A stretch of 63,907 nt of DNA, the filler included, from Basidiobolus meristosporus CBS 931.73 (lineage: Eukaryota; Fungi; Basidiobolomycota), in NCBI GenBank assembly GCA_002104905.1. It is 3 parts of 3 records of this genome, joined end to end, with 100 filler letters (N's around TTAATTAATTAA, not from the genome) between each part and the next. Parts side by side here need not be neighbours in the genome. Positions count along the whole stretch, not along the records: positions 24,209 to 56,100 come from MCFE01000835.1; positions 56,201 to 63,907 come from MCFE01001347.1; 1 more part is not named here. The stretch is one strand, 5' to 3'. Shown here piece by piece: positions 46,805-58,432 of this stretch. The notes beneath the pieces are model-generated. The model worked only from the letters and a program-made list of their open reading frames with translations, made no database searches and was not told the DNA's origin. The translations under genes and the position numbers were made by a program. Position 1 is the first letter of the stretch. Each line of letters starts with the position of its first letter.

Positions 46805-49800
46805 CGTTTGCAAGATAAAGAAGCAAGACTTTATCGCGCTATTGCACCTTTTCTCGTTCTCCAACCCTCCCAAGGAACTTACCCAGAACCCTATGGTTTG
46901 CCAACTATTTGGCTCTGTGGAAAACATCCCTTGAGCAACACAGGCCGCACCCCACTCTGCCGCCGAATGGTATCAGGTACTTGCCTGCAATCCCCTTGCG
47001 AGTGACAACCAGCAATGGTACTACGGTGACTCCCCATGCTCCGTAAACGAAATCGATCCTGGAGAAGCAAGTTAGTCAAAGAACTTTGAGGACGAAGCTC
47101 CCACTTAACCCCTGGGATATGTGAGTACTCAATGTAGTACCCACTCTTTGCCCAAGAGTTCTCCCAAGAGTTCCCTCCAGAGTCCTACCCGAAGTCCTCC
47201 AGTACCCTCCCTATGATTCCCCCACGTGTCCTCCCCTCCTATCCCTGCCCTTATCTAGTTAGAACACTTACCATAACAGGAAGGTGTTCACACCCCTATT
47301 TTATAACACATTGTCTATTGTCTAAGCCCCCCCAAGTGATATATATATCTACCCAAATGAACCAGGAAGAACAACGAGATTTGGACGAAATAAACAGAAG
47401 TCTTTATAACCTTGCTACCTTCTATCAGAAGCTATTCTGAACCAAGTGGTACTGACTTGACCTACAAGCTCTCCCACTCACCAAGTACAGTCAGTAATAA
47501 CCCACAATGTTTAGCTGCTAAGAAAATGTATCTGAGACAAAAATTCTTTACTGTAAAGATGCTGCCAGGAGAAGAAATGAGAAATCTAACAAACAGAACT
47601 ACCCTGCTGGTAGATGAAATGGAATCTGCAGGTGTACCAACTACTGATGAGGATGTGAAAGTAACCATCCTAAATAGCCTGACAGACACATTTCAGGGCC
47701 TTGTATCAGCCCTGGAGTTCAGAACTGAATATTTGACCTTAAAAAACATATATGGAAGGCTCTTGGATGAAGAATTAAGAAAATCAATCACCAATTGGAA
47801 GGAAGCAGAAAATGCTTTAGTAAGCAATGAAAATCACCAAAGAAGATACCCAATATCTTTTAAAGGCAATAGCAACCTGTTTTGCAACTACTGCAAAAGG
47901 AATGGAAACACATCAGACTGGTGCTTCAAAAAGAGAGATAGTTAGTAGTAAAAGCCTGAATATGGAAATGCTGCAACAACTGAAGATGGATTATTCATAT
48001 CTGCACTAAATATGACCACAAGCAAGGATTCTTAGTTGTGTTATACTGACTCTGGAGCATCTCAACACTTTACACACCAAAAAGAACTTCTTACCCAATA
48101 TCAAGAAATTCCAATTAGGAAGGTTTTCATGGGTGACAATAGAACACTTGATGCAGTGGGAGATGGAACTATCCAAGTAAACCTAAGAAGCAGTGAAGAA
48201 AGCCATACACTGATCTTTAAGGAAGTACTTTATGTGCCAGAAATAGCCAAGAACCTACTATCTGTAAGCAAGGCCACAGCTGAAGGACTCAGTTTCAGCT
48301 TTAACAATTCTGGATGCAAGATCACTGATCAAAGTGGTGCACATATTGCTTTGGGTATCAGAAATCAGAACCTATACAAGTTGACTTATACCTCATTATA
48401 TCTGGAAGCCAATATAAGTAACTTCAACGAAGAAACACTCATGCTTTGGCACAGGAGATTTGGGCACATTGATTTTGATTATTTGTGCAAAATGATCAAA
48501 GATTAGCTAATTTCCAGAGGAAAAACTGATCCCACAGCTATTTTGGAGTACTGTGAAGCCTGCATATATGGGAAACAAGCCCAACAGCTGTTCAAGAGCT
48601 CTGGGCTAATCTAATCTAAGAAAAAACTAGATCTAACTCACCCAGATCTGTGTGGACCAATGCAAAACTTATCCTTAGGAGGGATGAAGTATTTAATCAC
48701 TTTTATTGATAGTTATACAAGATACACATGTGTCTACTTCATAGAGAGAAAGGGAGAAGCTCTGTCTAAGTTCAGGGAGCTCAAAGCCATGGTGCAGAGA
48801 GAAACTGGTGAAAAAATAAAGAAAATCAACCCGACAATGGTGTAGAATAAACCTCAAAACGCGTCATCCACTTCTGCAAAATTTATGGGATGAAGCAAGA
48901 CACTACTGTATCATACTCCCCACACCAAAAGGAAGTAGCAGAACGTGCTAACAGATCAATAACTGATATGGCAAGATATATGATTTATGATCAAAAATTA
49001 TCCTATGATTTTTGGGTGTAATCAGTTGCCAATGTTAGATACCTATAAATTAGGAGTTATAGCAGAGTACTTTGTGATCCCACTCCATTTTAAGCATGGT
49101 ATGGATACAGACCAAGTGCAGAACATCTAAGAATATTTGGGTGTACAGCATATGCCAAGAAATTGCCTGGAAATTGGGCAAAATTTGAGACAAAAAGTGT
49201 AAAATGCATATTTTTGGGCTACTGCATTGAGAGTAAAGCCTACAGACTCTATAATACCAAAGCAAAGAAGCTAATCAAGTCCAGGGATGTGTTGTTTGAT
49301 GAGAATTCAAAACTCTTACAAAAAATGACATCAGATGATGACAAAATCTGATCTCAAGTCCACAAACTGTCAGGATTGAATCAGAGCAAAACAATGAAGA
49401 TATTTTCACTCCAGAGGACTATTCAACCATGGTTTAACCTGAATCAGTGCCCAGGAATATACCATAAGTGATCATTTCAGTATCAAATGCCTGGAGATCC
49501 AATTGTACAATAAATAGCCCAAATTACTATATCAATGAGGGTACAAACTTAGCCTATGCTTATTCAGTCCATATTGATAAACCCAAGACTGTAAAGAGGC
49601 CAAAAATAGCCCTCAGACAAAGTTTTGGAGATCTGCAATGACTGAGGAATATCAGGCCCTGATGGAAAATCAAACTTGGGACTTAGTCAAATTACCAATC
49701 AACCAAAAATCAATTGGATGCAGATGGGTCTTCAAGACAGAATACAATGCTGATGATACAATTGAATGATTCAAAGCAATACTTGTGGCCTAGGGATATT

Positions 49801-50813
49801 CTCAAACAAAAGGACTTGACTATACTGAGACCTTTGCACTGGTAGCCAAGTTTAATTCCATCAGATTAGTATTGGCTATTGCAGCCAAATTTAAGTTTTT
49901 TATTCATCAAATGGATGTAAAAGCTGCATTTTTTAATGGAGGACTTGATGAGGACATGTATATGAGTCAGCCTGATGGGTTTGCTCACCACAATATCCCC
50001 CATTTGGTCTGCAAGCTTAAAAAGTCTCTATATGGTCTCAGACAATAACCAAGAGCCTGAAATTGCAAGATAGATTCTTATTTGGAATCTTTGAGTTTCA
50101 AAAGTATTAATGCTGACTATAGTATATACTATAAGTCAGATGGAGCAAATCCAGCTCTATTAGCCCTATATGTGGATGATCTTATTATAGCCACCAATAA
50201 CCTAGAAACATTGGAAGAAACTAAATCCAGCCTACCTAAGCAGTTCACAATATCCAACCTAGGATAACTCAGTTATTACTTAGGAACTAAGTTCTTGAGA
50301 GACAGAAGTACCCAGACTATCTGCCTAAGCCAATCCAAGTATAGTCAAGATATACCAAAGAAGTAGCAAATGGAAGACTGTAAACCAGCAGCTACCCCAA
50401 TAGAGACAAACCTTAACTTGGTCAAAACTTAACCAAATCAAGAGAGCTTAGTGCCATCTCAAAGCCCTGACTTTCCTTATCAATCTATGCTTGGCAGTCT
50501 GATGTATATCATTCTTGGAACATTCCCAGATATCTCATATTCAATGGGAGTTGTCAGCCAACATAATCAGAACCATGGATCTGATTGTATTGCAGCAGTT
50601 AAGCGGATTTTTAGATACCCAAAAGGAGCTGCAGATATCTGCTTAATATACACTTATAAGGATTCAGAACATAATCTTGTGGGATACTCTGATGCTGATT
50701 GGGGACAAAATTTGGAAGACAGAAGATCCACCACAGATTTCACCTTTCTTTACTGTAAAGGAGCAATTTCATGGAATTCAAGAAAGCAACCAACTGTAGC
50801 ACTTTCTACTTGA

Positions 50814-53409
50814 TTTGGCTTGATAATAGGAGGCCAGGGATGACATGTGATCATGACACTATTCTCCTCTTTTGAGGGGCTCTCCTCAAGCTTTTAGCTT
50901 TGGCTTGTAGGGGTATATCTGGTCAAATAGCGCAACTAGATCTTGGCAATTTGCTAGGTTAGCTGCTGGTTCTCAAGTTTGATCATTTGGGCTGTAACCC
51001 ACCCAGTCTACCAGAGAGTAAAGTTGGGATCTGATGTAATTTGAATCCAACACTTGCTGAGCTTCAAACTCTTGGTGTTTGTCTACTTGAATGGCTGGGG
51101 GATTTGCTGGGTGCTGGTAGGGTAGAGTACTTTCATGGAATGTTTATAGTAGGGATACATGGAATGTGTCATGGATTATAATACTTGGTGGCAACTGTAG
51201 TTGGTATACAATTGGACTAAGTCTCTTCTTGATCTTGAATGGCCCTAGTTTCTTGTAGTCTAGTTTGTCACATGGGCGGCTGGTAACAATGTTTCTTCTC
51301 AAGAGCCATACCAAATCTACTTCATTAAGCTTGGGGTTAGGCTGCTGTTTGTTGTCTGCAAACTTCTAGTACCCCTCATGGGCTAATGATAGTTCTTTCC
51401 TGAGTGTTTCTTGGATTTCTAGAATTGTTGATGTATGTTTAGCTGCTGGGGGGCTCATAGGATTTGTTGGTACTTGAATATCAAAATGTAGATGAAAACC
51501 ATAATTTGCATAGAATGGTGTGAGACCAGTTGCACTCTGACATGAGTTGTTGTAGCCAAATTCTGCAAGTGGTAGCAGCTGGGTCCAGTTGTCTTGCTAA
51601 TAGTTGATATAGCACCAGAGGTATTGCTTAAGAATCTGGTTAATTCTGCCTGCCTGACTATCAGACTGAGGATGAAAAGCAGTTGAGAGCTTGACTTGCA
51701 CACCCAGATATTGCATGAAGTTTTTCAAGAATCTTGATACAAACTGGGGTCCTCTATCAGATACAATGTCACTTGGGATACCATGCAGCCAGAAAATGTT
51801 CCTTATTACTAGGTGGGCAGTCTCTTTGGCATCTATGTGCTGGGAGCAGGGAATGAAGTGAGCCATCTTTGTGAGTCTATCTGCCAATACCAGGACTCAA
51901 TTAAATTGGTTGGACTCTAGGAGGTTGGTTATGAAGTCCATTGAATTTGACTTCCATTGCTGGTCAGAAATTGGCAAGGGTTGAAGAAGTCCATATGGCT
52001 GGTATCTGGCAGATTTTGCACATTTACATGTGTCACAGGATTGGAGGTACTCCGTGACAAGGGATATCATCTTGGGCCACCAGAAGTCTCTCTTGATTGC
52101 ACTCATAGTTATGGCAGTACCAAAATGTGCCATGGCAATTGCATCATGGCAAGTGTGGATGATATCTAACCTGGTATCAAGGACTTGGACAAACAGTTGG
52201 TGCCAGTGATAGATGAAGTCATTGACTAGATGTAGGTGCTGGAGGTTTGGGAGCTTGGGTGGTAGGTCAGTGGGAGACTTGAGGTACTTCTTGATTGTGG
52301 CCACTGTGGAGTTGGTGGCTTGGCTGGTCTTTACTCTTTTAAGGAGAAGAGGAGCCATAATACTGGAGGACTGGGTTGCAAGGAGCTCAAATTCTTTTTT
52401 GTTGAGTGCAGGGTTTTCATTTGCCTAGAGGCATCATCCCCTTCTTTAAGGGAATACTCCATCTTTCTAGACAGGGCATCAGGATTTTCTTGTTTCACAC
52501 CAGGTCTATAGGTGATGACAAAGTCAAAGCTGGACAGGAAGAAAGACCATCTGCTTGTCTCTGGTTCAGTACCCTTGATGTGGTAAAGTACTCAAGGTTC
52601 TTGTGGTCACAGAAGATCTTTATCTTTTGAGCTGCACAATCAAGGTAGTGTCCCCATTGTTGAAAGGCAACAATGATTGCAAGTGATTCCTTGTCATAGA
52701 TATCACAGTTTACTTCAGCTGGGGTAAACTTTTCCAAGTAGAATGCAATAGGGTGTAGCACATTCTTGTCATCATACTGGGAGAGGATGGCACCAAGGGC
52801 AAAGTCAGAGGCTTCAGTTTCCATGATGAAAGGCCTCTCAAGGTCAGGGTGGGCAAGCAGTGGGGCACACAGGAAGGATTACTTGATAGAATCAAAGAAC
52901 TCAGAATGCTCCTTATTCCATGCAAAGAGCAGATTTTTGTGGGTGAGCTTTGTCAAGGGAGTGACTATCTTGGAGTCCATTCTTGTTACATTTGAGCTTA
53001 CAAGATCATCTGGGAACTCAACTTCTTTCTGGTCAAACTCACACTTTTCCAGTTTGGTATAGAAGCCAGCAGTGCCAAGCTTGGTCAAGACTTTCTTCTC
53101 AAAGGAATTATGTCCTTCATGGGTCTTGGAGTAGATCAGGATATCATCAGGGGAGATAACCACATATTGGTCAAGGTACTCCTGGAAGATATCATTTATC
53201 AGGTGTTGAAAGACAGCTGGGGCATTGGTGAGGCCAAATGGTATTATTTATATTCATAGTGACCATATCTTGCTCTGAAGGCAGTTTTCCATTCATTGCC
53301 AGGTTTGATCCTGATAAGATTATAAGCTCCTCTGAGGTCAATCTTAGTAAGTACTTTGGCAGCAGAGAGTTGATCCAACAGGATGTTGATCAGGGGTAAA
53401 GGGTACTTG
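50814..53409 (-). mobile_element. Decayed chromoviral Ty3/gypsy (RT-RH-IN-chromodomain)
   Basis: RT ([21 protein letters not shown]), RH (ASDFALGAILSQ), IN (DRLTKMAHFIPC, SDRGPQF), and chromodomain EFEAQQVLD...LVDWVGYS...EPAANL at about 50910-51071. PPT at 50859-50876, then a truncated LTR. Confidence 0.9.
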
Positions 53410-54680
53410 TGTAGTGGGGTCACAGTGACACCAACTGACAGATGTGCTCATTTCCATATTTTCAACTTCCCTATTTAGCCACTCTTTATTTGCTTACCCA
53501 CTAATACCTTGGGTATTCCTCATATTGTTTGAATCAAAAAAACTATGGCTCCTGCTTTCAAACCTCTACAAACATGCACACCTGCCACAATTGAAATACT
53601 TCTATCACCTCAACTTTACAGCTTTTTAGTGTGATACTTGCAAAGTTGCTCTACGCCCTGTACTGCTGGTAACATATACATCTAGTAATCATATGCTTTG
53701 TTGTTGCCACTTCTGCCATGAATACCTCTTGAATATCTGCAAAGAGCTTCTTGGTATATAGCCAATATATTTTCTTCTCCCTGCCGGATTCTAGTCCCCC
53801 ATATAGGTGCATTGTAGTGGGGTCACAGTGACACCCACTGACATATGTGGTCATTCCCATACTTTTTACTTCCTTATTTCTCTACTACACTTATTTAGTT
53901 TTATCCCATTTGTCTTACCTGATCAGTCCTATTCCACAAGCCAGTTGACTATCACACCTGTGTACCTTATTGCATAAGTTATCCCTTACTTTATGTACAA
54001 TGACTAGGTATAAGTGCCTCTATATTAGGCAAATACTCACACCAGTACTTGTGACACATGATCAACCTATGTCACTATCCCTACCACTTTCATACCATAT
54101 ATGGTATCCCTACATTACACAGGTTTCAGAGGACTGATTCCTGACTGGTAGGATGTGCTGTGCCTCGTAGAACCTTCTGGCACCTACTTAGAACTCTCTC
54201 AGCTTGTTCTGATGTTGTCAAGATTTCTATTGATCTCCGGAACCTTCTGGAACACCATGATTAGCAATCACTTAGTCAATGAAAAAAGTATATAAGGGAG
54301 GCAATCCCTCAACAATAAATCATCATCCCTTTTATCAATATACCAACTTGCTGATTAGTGTGATCACTGCTACCTGCTGCTACCCAAACTTCAAGCCCCA
54401 CACCAGAGGACACTCCCAGGAGACCATGCTGACAGCTAACTGACCTTGGAGGCACTACTTGTGAGGAATACTCAGAGTAGGTATCTTTTATTATATTTGA
54501 TTCTTTCCCAAGTTTGTTCTTGTACAGGCAAACATACTTTTCTGTCTTTGTAACTATTGACCACAGCTGCATTCTGATCAAGTCCCTGCTGGTGGAGTTT
54601 ACAGTTGTTATGACTTTAGAAGCTTTAGTACATTGTCATCTCCAAGGACGCTGAACTCAGCACATACTTTTGTTAAGACA
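53410..54680 (+). mobile_element. Nested LTR fragments (starts at 53410 and 53813)
   Basis: Both begin TGTAGTGGGGTCACAGTGACACC; the second is homologous to solo LTR 45867-46720. Right boundary uncertain. Confidence 0.6.
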
Positions 54681-54751
54681 CCAACTAAGTTGGGGATTGT
54701 AGCTCAATAATTTTCCCTTGACAAGCTTGTGGCTTTATTCCCCATCACATT

Positions 54752-56100
54752 AGACTTGTTCCATGGTACCATGCCAGGATATGTAGCACAATCTGCGGTC
54801 TTTAGGAATATTGGGTGCAATATCATAGCTACCAGTAGGCAGGATTGCTCTTGGACAATTTAGCACCATGTGGGACAATCTTGCACACTATGGCACAATC
54901 TGACACAATGAGGTTGGCACAAATGATTGTGCCCACTCATAATGTTTGCATCACGTGTGCAATTGGATACCGCTATTATGGTAGGTAAAATACAGTATTT
55001 GGATTTGTTTCTTTAGTGTAAATGGAAATAAATGCATATCACACTGTAAACTACACTGATACTTACCATTTTGGTTACCATCACTCCAATTGGATGGCAT
55101 CTCAGTGGTTAATTGGTCCAAAAGTATCCAGAAGCTTCCAGCCCCCAATTGGCTCTTTGATCAATACACAAGCTACCTGATTTGCCATCAAATATCTCAT
55201 TTTGCCCATTAAGCATGTAAATCCTTGATCTTAGTGACTGGAAAAGGTGTCATAGCTAGCACACAACCAATTGTATGGGTGTAAATCAGATCAAATGGCT
55301 GCACTGGTGCCACAAATGATGTATACATATGCAGGGTGTTTATTTATAGGGGCCCTGTCTCAAATGTCAGACAGCCTTAATATTGGATATATCAAAAATT
55401 TAGTGATCACTGATTTGCAATGGCTCAGTGTGGATTGCAAAAAAAAAAATGCGTTGTTTGGATCAATACAAATAATAGCAATTCAATGCAATCATGTCAT
55501 CTTCTCCAATGCTTTTTTCTAACAGGGATTACTACTGAAGCATTTTGTAGTGATCCACTTTGCACACCTAAATTACTTTCTTGTTGACTATCCTCTTGGC
55601 TACTTGTGTATTTGTAGTCAGTATTTTGCCTCCTAGTTGATGAGTGCAATGCTGCAGCTTGGCCGTGCTGAATTGCTCCAGATGATGCAACTGAGCTGGC
55701 CAGCAGTGCTACATGCTGGCGTGTTCTTTTACTTGCCAAAGGCTCTGGTGGTGGAGGTGCTTCATGCGGGTCATCATCCATCAGTTCTCCAGAAGAGACT
55801 TGCTGATTGTCAGGTGAAATGGCACGCACAGACATGACTTGATGGGCTGGCATGGCCCTTGGCTGAGTTCAATGTGATGCCGCTTGTTGATGTGACTTGG
55901 CCGCTCCAATGGACTTGTGTCTTTTTGAGCAGTTTGGCAGGTTCTGGTGGTTTTCCTCTAAAGCATGCACAATGACCCAATATGAGATGAGACAATGCGG
56001 GGGCGCTCTTGTGAAGAGTGTTGATGTAGTTTGGAATGACGTGCGCTGGTGTGCTGAAGTTGGCAAGGGATGGTAACAAATCCAGCAAGACATGCTGGCG
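54752..56100. mobile_element. Partial second copy of the PHIS element (end opposite the transposase), inverted relative to 30352-33787 and cut by the gap
   Basis: Starts AGACTTGTTCCAT with flank ATT; reverse-complement homology to about 32400-33787. Confidence 0.85.
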
Positions 56101-56200
56101 NNNNNNNNNNNNNNNNNNNNNNNNNNNNNNNNNNNNNNNNNNNNTTAATTAATTAANNNNNNNNNNNNNNNNNNNNNNNNNNNNNNNNNNNNNNNNNNNN
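56101..56200. other. Scaffold gap with artificial TTAATTAATTAA linker
   Basis: 44 N + TTAATTAATTAA (56145-56156) + 44 N. Confidence 0.97.
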
Positions 56201-56618
56201 TTTGTCGGTGTATTTACTTTAGGAGATTGCTTAGCACAGTTACCATTTCGCCACAGCACATATCCAACCTTTGGACTATAGCTCCAGCCCACCCGCCCAA
56301 GCCCTAACCCTAGACGATCATAATAGCTACGATGATTCGCCTTACTGCTCTGATGGCCATATTCACTGTCGTCGTATCCACTCTGATTATTTTTATTCTT
56401 ATCATTCCAATCTTATGAAGACGAGGTTTCCATCGGGCATTGTTGTTACAATTCACACCTGTTCCAATACTCGAATACTTCCCAAAATACTCTCCAGTAT
56501 TACCAAGAAAACATCATTTATGGAAATGTGGCAAACCTTTTTTAGGGATTAGGGTTGTTGAATTTCACTAGTATAAACTTTCCTCTTCCGGAAAGAAAAT
56601 GTCCTGCTTTTGCGAAAG

Positions 56619-56757
56619 AAAAAGCGAGTATACCCCCCATTTATCCCCGGGCATTTGTCTACGTCTAACCTGGTGTTGCGTCTGGTGAATTGAACACTCG
56701 ACCCTGATAAACAGCGGGATTGTTTCTTGGCAAGCTAACCACTCGGCCAAGGAACAA
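56619..56757 (-). ncRNA. tRNA-derived element: A box in a 12-bp hairpin, weak B box, T5 terminator (also 59550-59688, 62481-62619)
   Basis: Minus strand TGGCCGAGTGG, GTGTTCAATTCAC and TTTTT; stem TTGTTCCTTGGC/GCCAAGAAACAA. It cannot form a cloverleaf. Confidence 0.4.
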
Positions 56758-57017
56758 GCTCATCAAATATCGCCTGCAAGCAACTTCTGTATGCGAAGGC
56801 AATAATAGATGGAGTGGAGTGGAGTGGAGTGGATAGCTGGAAATCACTACCCTGAACTCGTGTACAGTAGACGAGGTAGGTAGCTATTGGAAGGGTTCAT
56901 CTTTGGAAAGGTGCTTCTGATTTATCCCAACAAGTTTACAATGCCAGAACAATCACTCAATCACCCTGCATCCGAAAATTATACGATAATAAAAGTTTGC
57001 ATTTAGTGTACAAAAAT

Positions 57018-57089
57018 AGGTCTCGCCGAGAATCGAACTCGGATTACAAGATTCAGAGTCTTGGGTGCTAACCATTACACCACGAAACC
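57018..57089 (-). tRNA. tRNA-Gln (CUG)
   Basis: 72-nt cloverleaf GGTTTCG...CAAGA CT CTG AA TCTTG...GGCGAGACCT, followed by TTTTT. Confidence 0.96.
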
Positions 57090-57267
57090 TTAGTTATTGA
57101 ATGTCGCACCTGTGATAGTCAATATTTCAGGCGTGCCTACTGGGGTGTTGAATAGGATTGGAAGTAGAAAAAGATGTACCATACTCCCTGCTTAACTTGA
57201 CAAAGATAAAGTAAAAGCGCCATACCATACCATACCATACCATGCCATGCCATGCCACGCCGCGCCA

Positions 57268-57326
57268 GCCGTTGCTCGGAATCGAACCGAGGTCCACGCG
57301 ATCCACTGCCGCTATACTACAATGGC
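57268..57326 (-). pseudogene. 59-nt tRNA-His-like mini-tRNA or pseudogene (also 60199-60257, 63130-63188)
   Basis: Acceptor GCCATTG/CAACGGC and T arm CTCGG TTCGATT CCGAG are intact; A and B boxes are good; the middle is 13 nt shorter than a canonical tRNA. Confidence 0.7.
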
Positions 57327-57591
57327 TGGATGCTTAGCAAGCACCGCTCGCTTCCCCCTTTTCCATGCAATCTCTTTACTCAATATGTTGCCCACGATAC
57401 CCGACACTCCTCTAGTAAAGTAAAACATGGCTGGTAGGTGGCATCCAACGCGAACCGTCTAGGGCGGCCGAGCCTATCGCACTATCCTCTGGAATCGATC
57501 TGTGCTAGCTATATACTAATAAGCAAGGGCAAGTATCCCCAACTAATGAATGCATTTCCGTGTAAGCAATCCATGGGCTACCTAGTAACTG

Positions 57592-57664
57592 GCTTTCGTA
57601 GTGTAGTGGTTATCACATGTCCTTCACACGGACAAGGTCCTCGGTTCGATCCCGAGCGGAAGCA
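57592..57664 (+). tRNA. tRNA-Val (CAC)
   Basis: 73-nt cloverleaf, anticodon arm TGTCC TT CAC AC GGACA; T5 at 57671. Confidence 0.96.
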
Positions 57665-58022
57665 CGATCCTTTTTGCTAGATTTGTATCTAGCATAATAG
57701 ATGAGATGAACTAAGTTGTGCGTATCCTATGCAGATTCATATAAATAGCAGTCTGATAGAGCGTTTGTGTATCCACCTATTTTGCTCCATAGATCTCCCC
57801 AGGCTGCATAGTGGCGTATCACCCTTGAAGGGTATTCTGGCAAAGTAAAAGGCACGTATGTATACATCACCGTCAAGTGACCTTGGAAAATACTACTACA
57901 AAGCCCCTTCCCAACTCATAATTTATATTATATAATGGGTTGATCTAGCTCTGCTTTAGAGAAAACTGTGCTGTAAATACATTGGTCGATACTCTGGTGA
58001 AAATTGAGATTGTTGCATATTT

Positions 58023-58094
58023 GCCTGTATAGCACAGTGGTAGTGCGTCAGTCTTGTAAACTGAAGGTCGGTGGTTCAATCCCGCCTGCAGGCA
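58023..58094 (+). tRNA. tRNA-Thr (UGU)
   Basis: 72-nt cloverleaf, TCAGT CT TGT AA ACTGA; T5 downstream. Confidence 0.96.
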
Positions 58095-58350
58095 AAAACT
58101 TTTTACCATTACCTGATTGTATTTGAGGTCCTCTCGAGACCTACTCGTGTATCGGTGATCAATTCTAGCGATCTATATGGTGCGAAAAAGCTCGTCATAT
58201 GGTAGGCCTGATCTGCTCTACCCCACCCCACCCCTACACTTACAATCGAATCTAGTGTCCTGGCGTGTAACATAATGCTTCGTAAATACCAAATGGATTC
58301 GGAGCGAACCATTCTATCACTCTTGCTTCAAGACTTAGTAGGGAAAGTAT

Positions 58351-58432
58351 GTCGGTCTGTCCGAGTGGTTAAGGAGATAGACTTGAAATCTATTGGGCTC
58401 TGCCCGCACAGGTTCAAATCCTGTGGCCGACG
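58351..58432 (+). tRNA. tRNA-Ser (UGA)
   Basis: 82-nt cloverleaf with long variable arm, ATAGA CT TGA AA TCTAT, discriminator G; T6 downstream. Confidence 0.96.

Larger units (their letters stand above)
39948..47506 (+). mobile_element. Near-complete Ty3/gypsy retrotransposon with a third ORF
   Basis: 387-bp LTRs 39948-40334 and 47120-47506 (TG...CA, 4 differences seen), 5-bp TSD ATGTT, putative PBS TGGTGCCGT at 40339-40347. No convincing PPT. Confidence 0.95.
39264..50813 (+). mobile_element. Degenerate Ty1/copia element B, split by a Ty3/gypsy and truncated in RNase H
   Basis: 5' LTR 39264-39612, PBS GGTTATGAGCCC at 39613-39624, gag (KLDGSNYQVW), protease (DSGAS), GAG-pre (LWHRRFGH), integrase, RT (ALYVDDL) and RNase H (GYSDADWG). 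Confidence 0.92.

Noticed and set aside
24209-56100. Classical RIP
   Set aside because: RIP depletes CpA/TpG, but here CA/TG are abundant and CG is missing. A few CAA/CAG-to-stop changes are too few to argue for CpA targeting.
56325-56390. Possible C/D snoRNA (ACGATGA...CTGA...CTGA)
   Set aside because: Non-canonical C box, poor terminal stem, and no rRNA-complementary guide next to a D box that I could identify.
58351-58432. Possible selenocysteine or suppressor tRNA
   Set aside because: The anticodon is UGA (reads UCA, Ser), not UCA, and the arms are canonical Ser.
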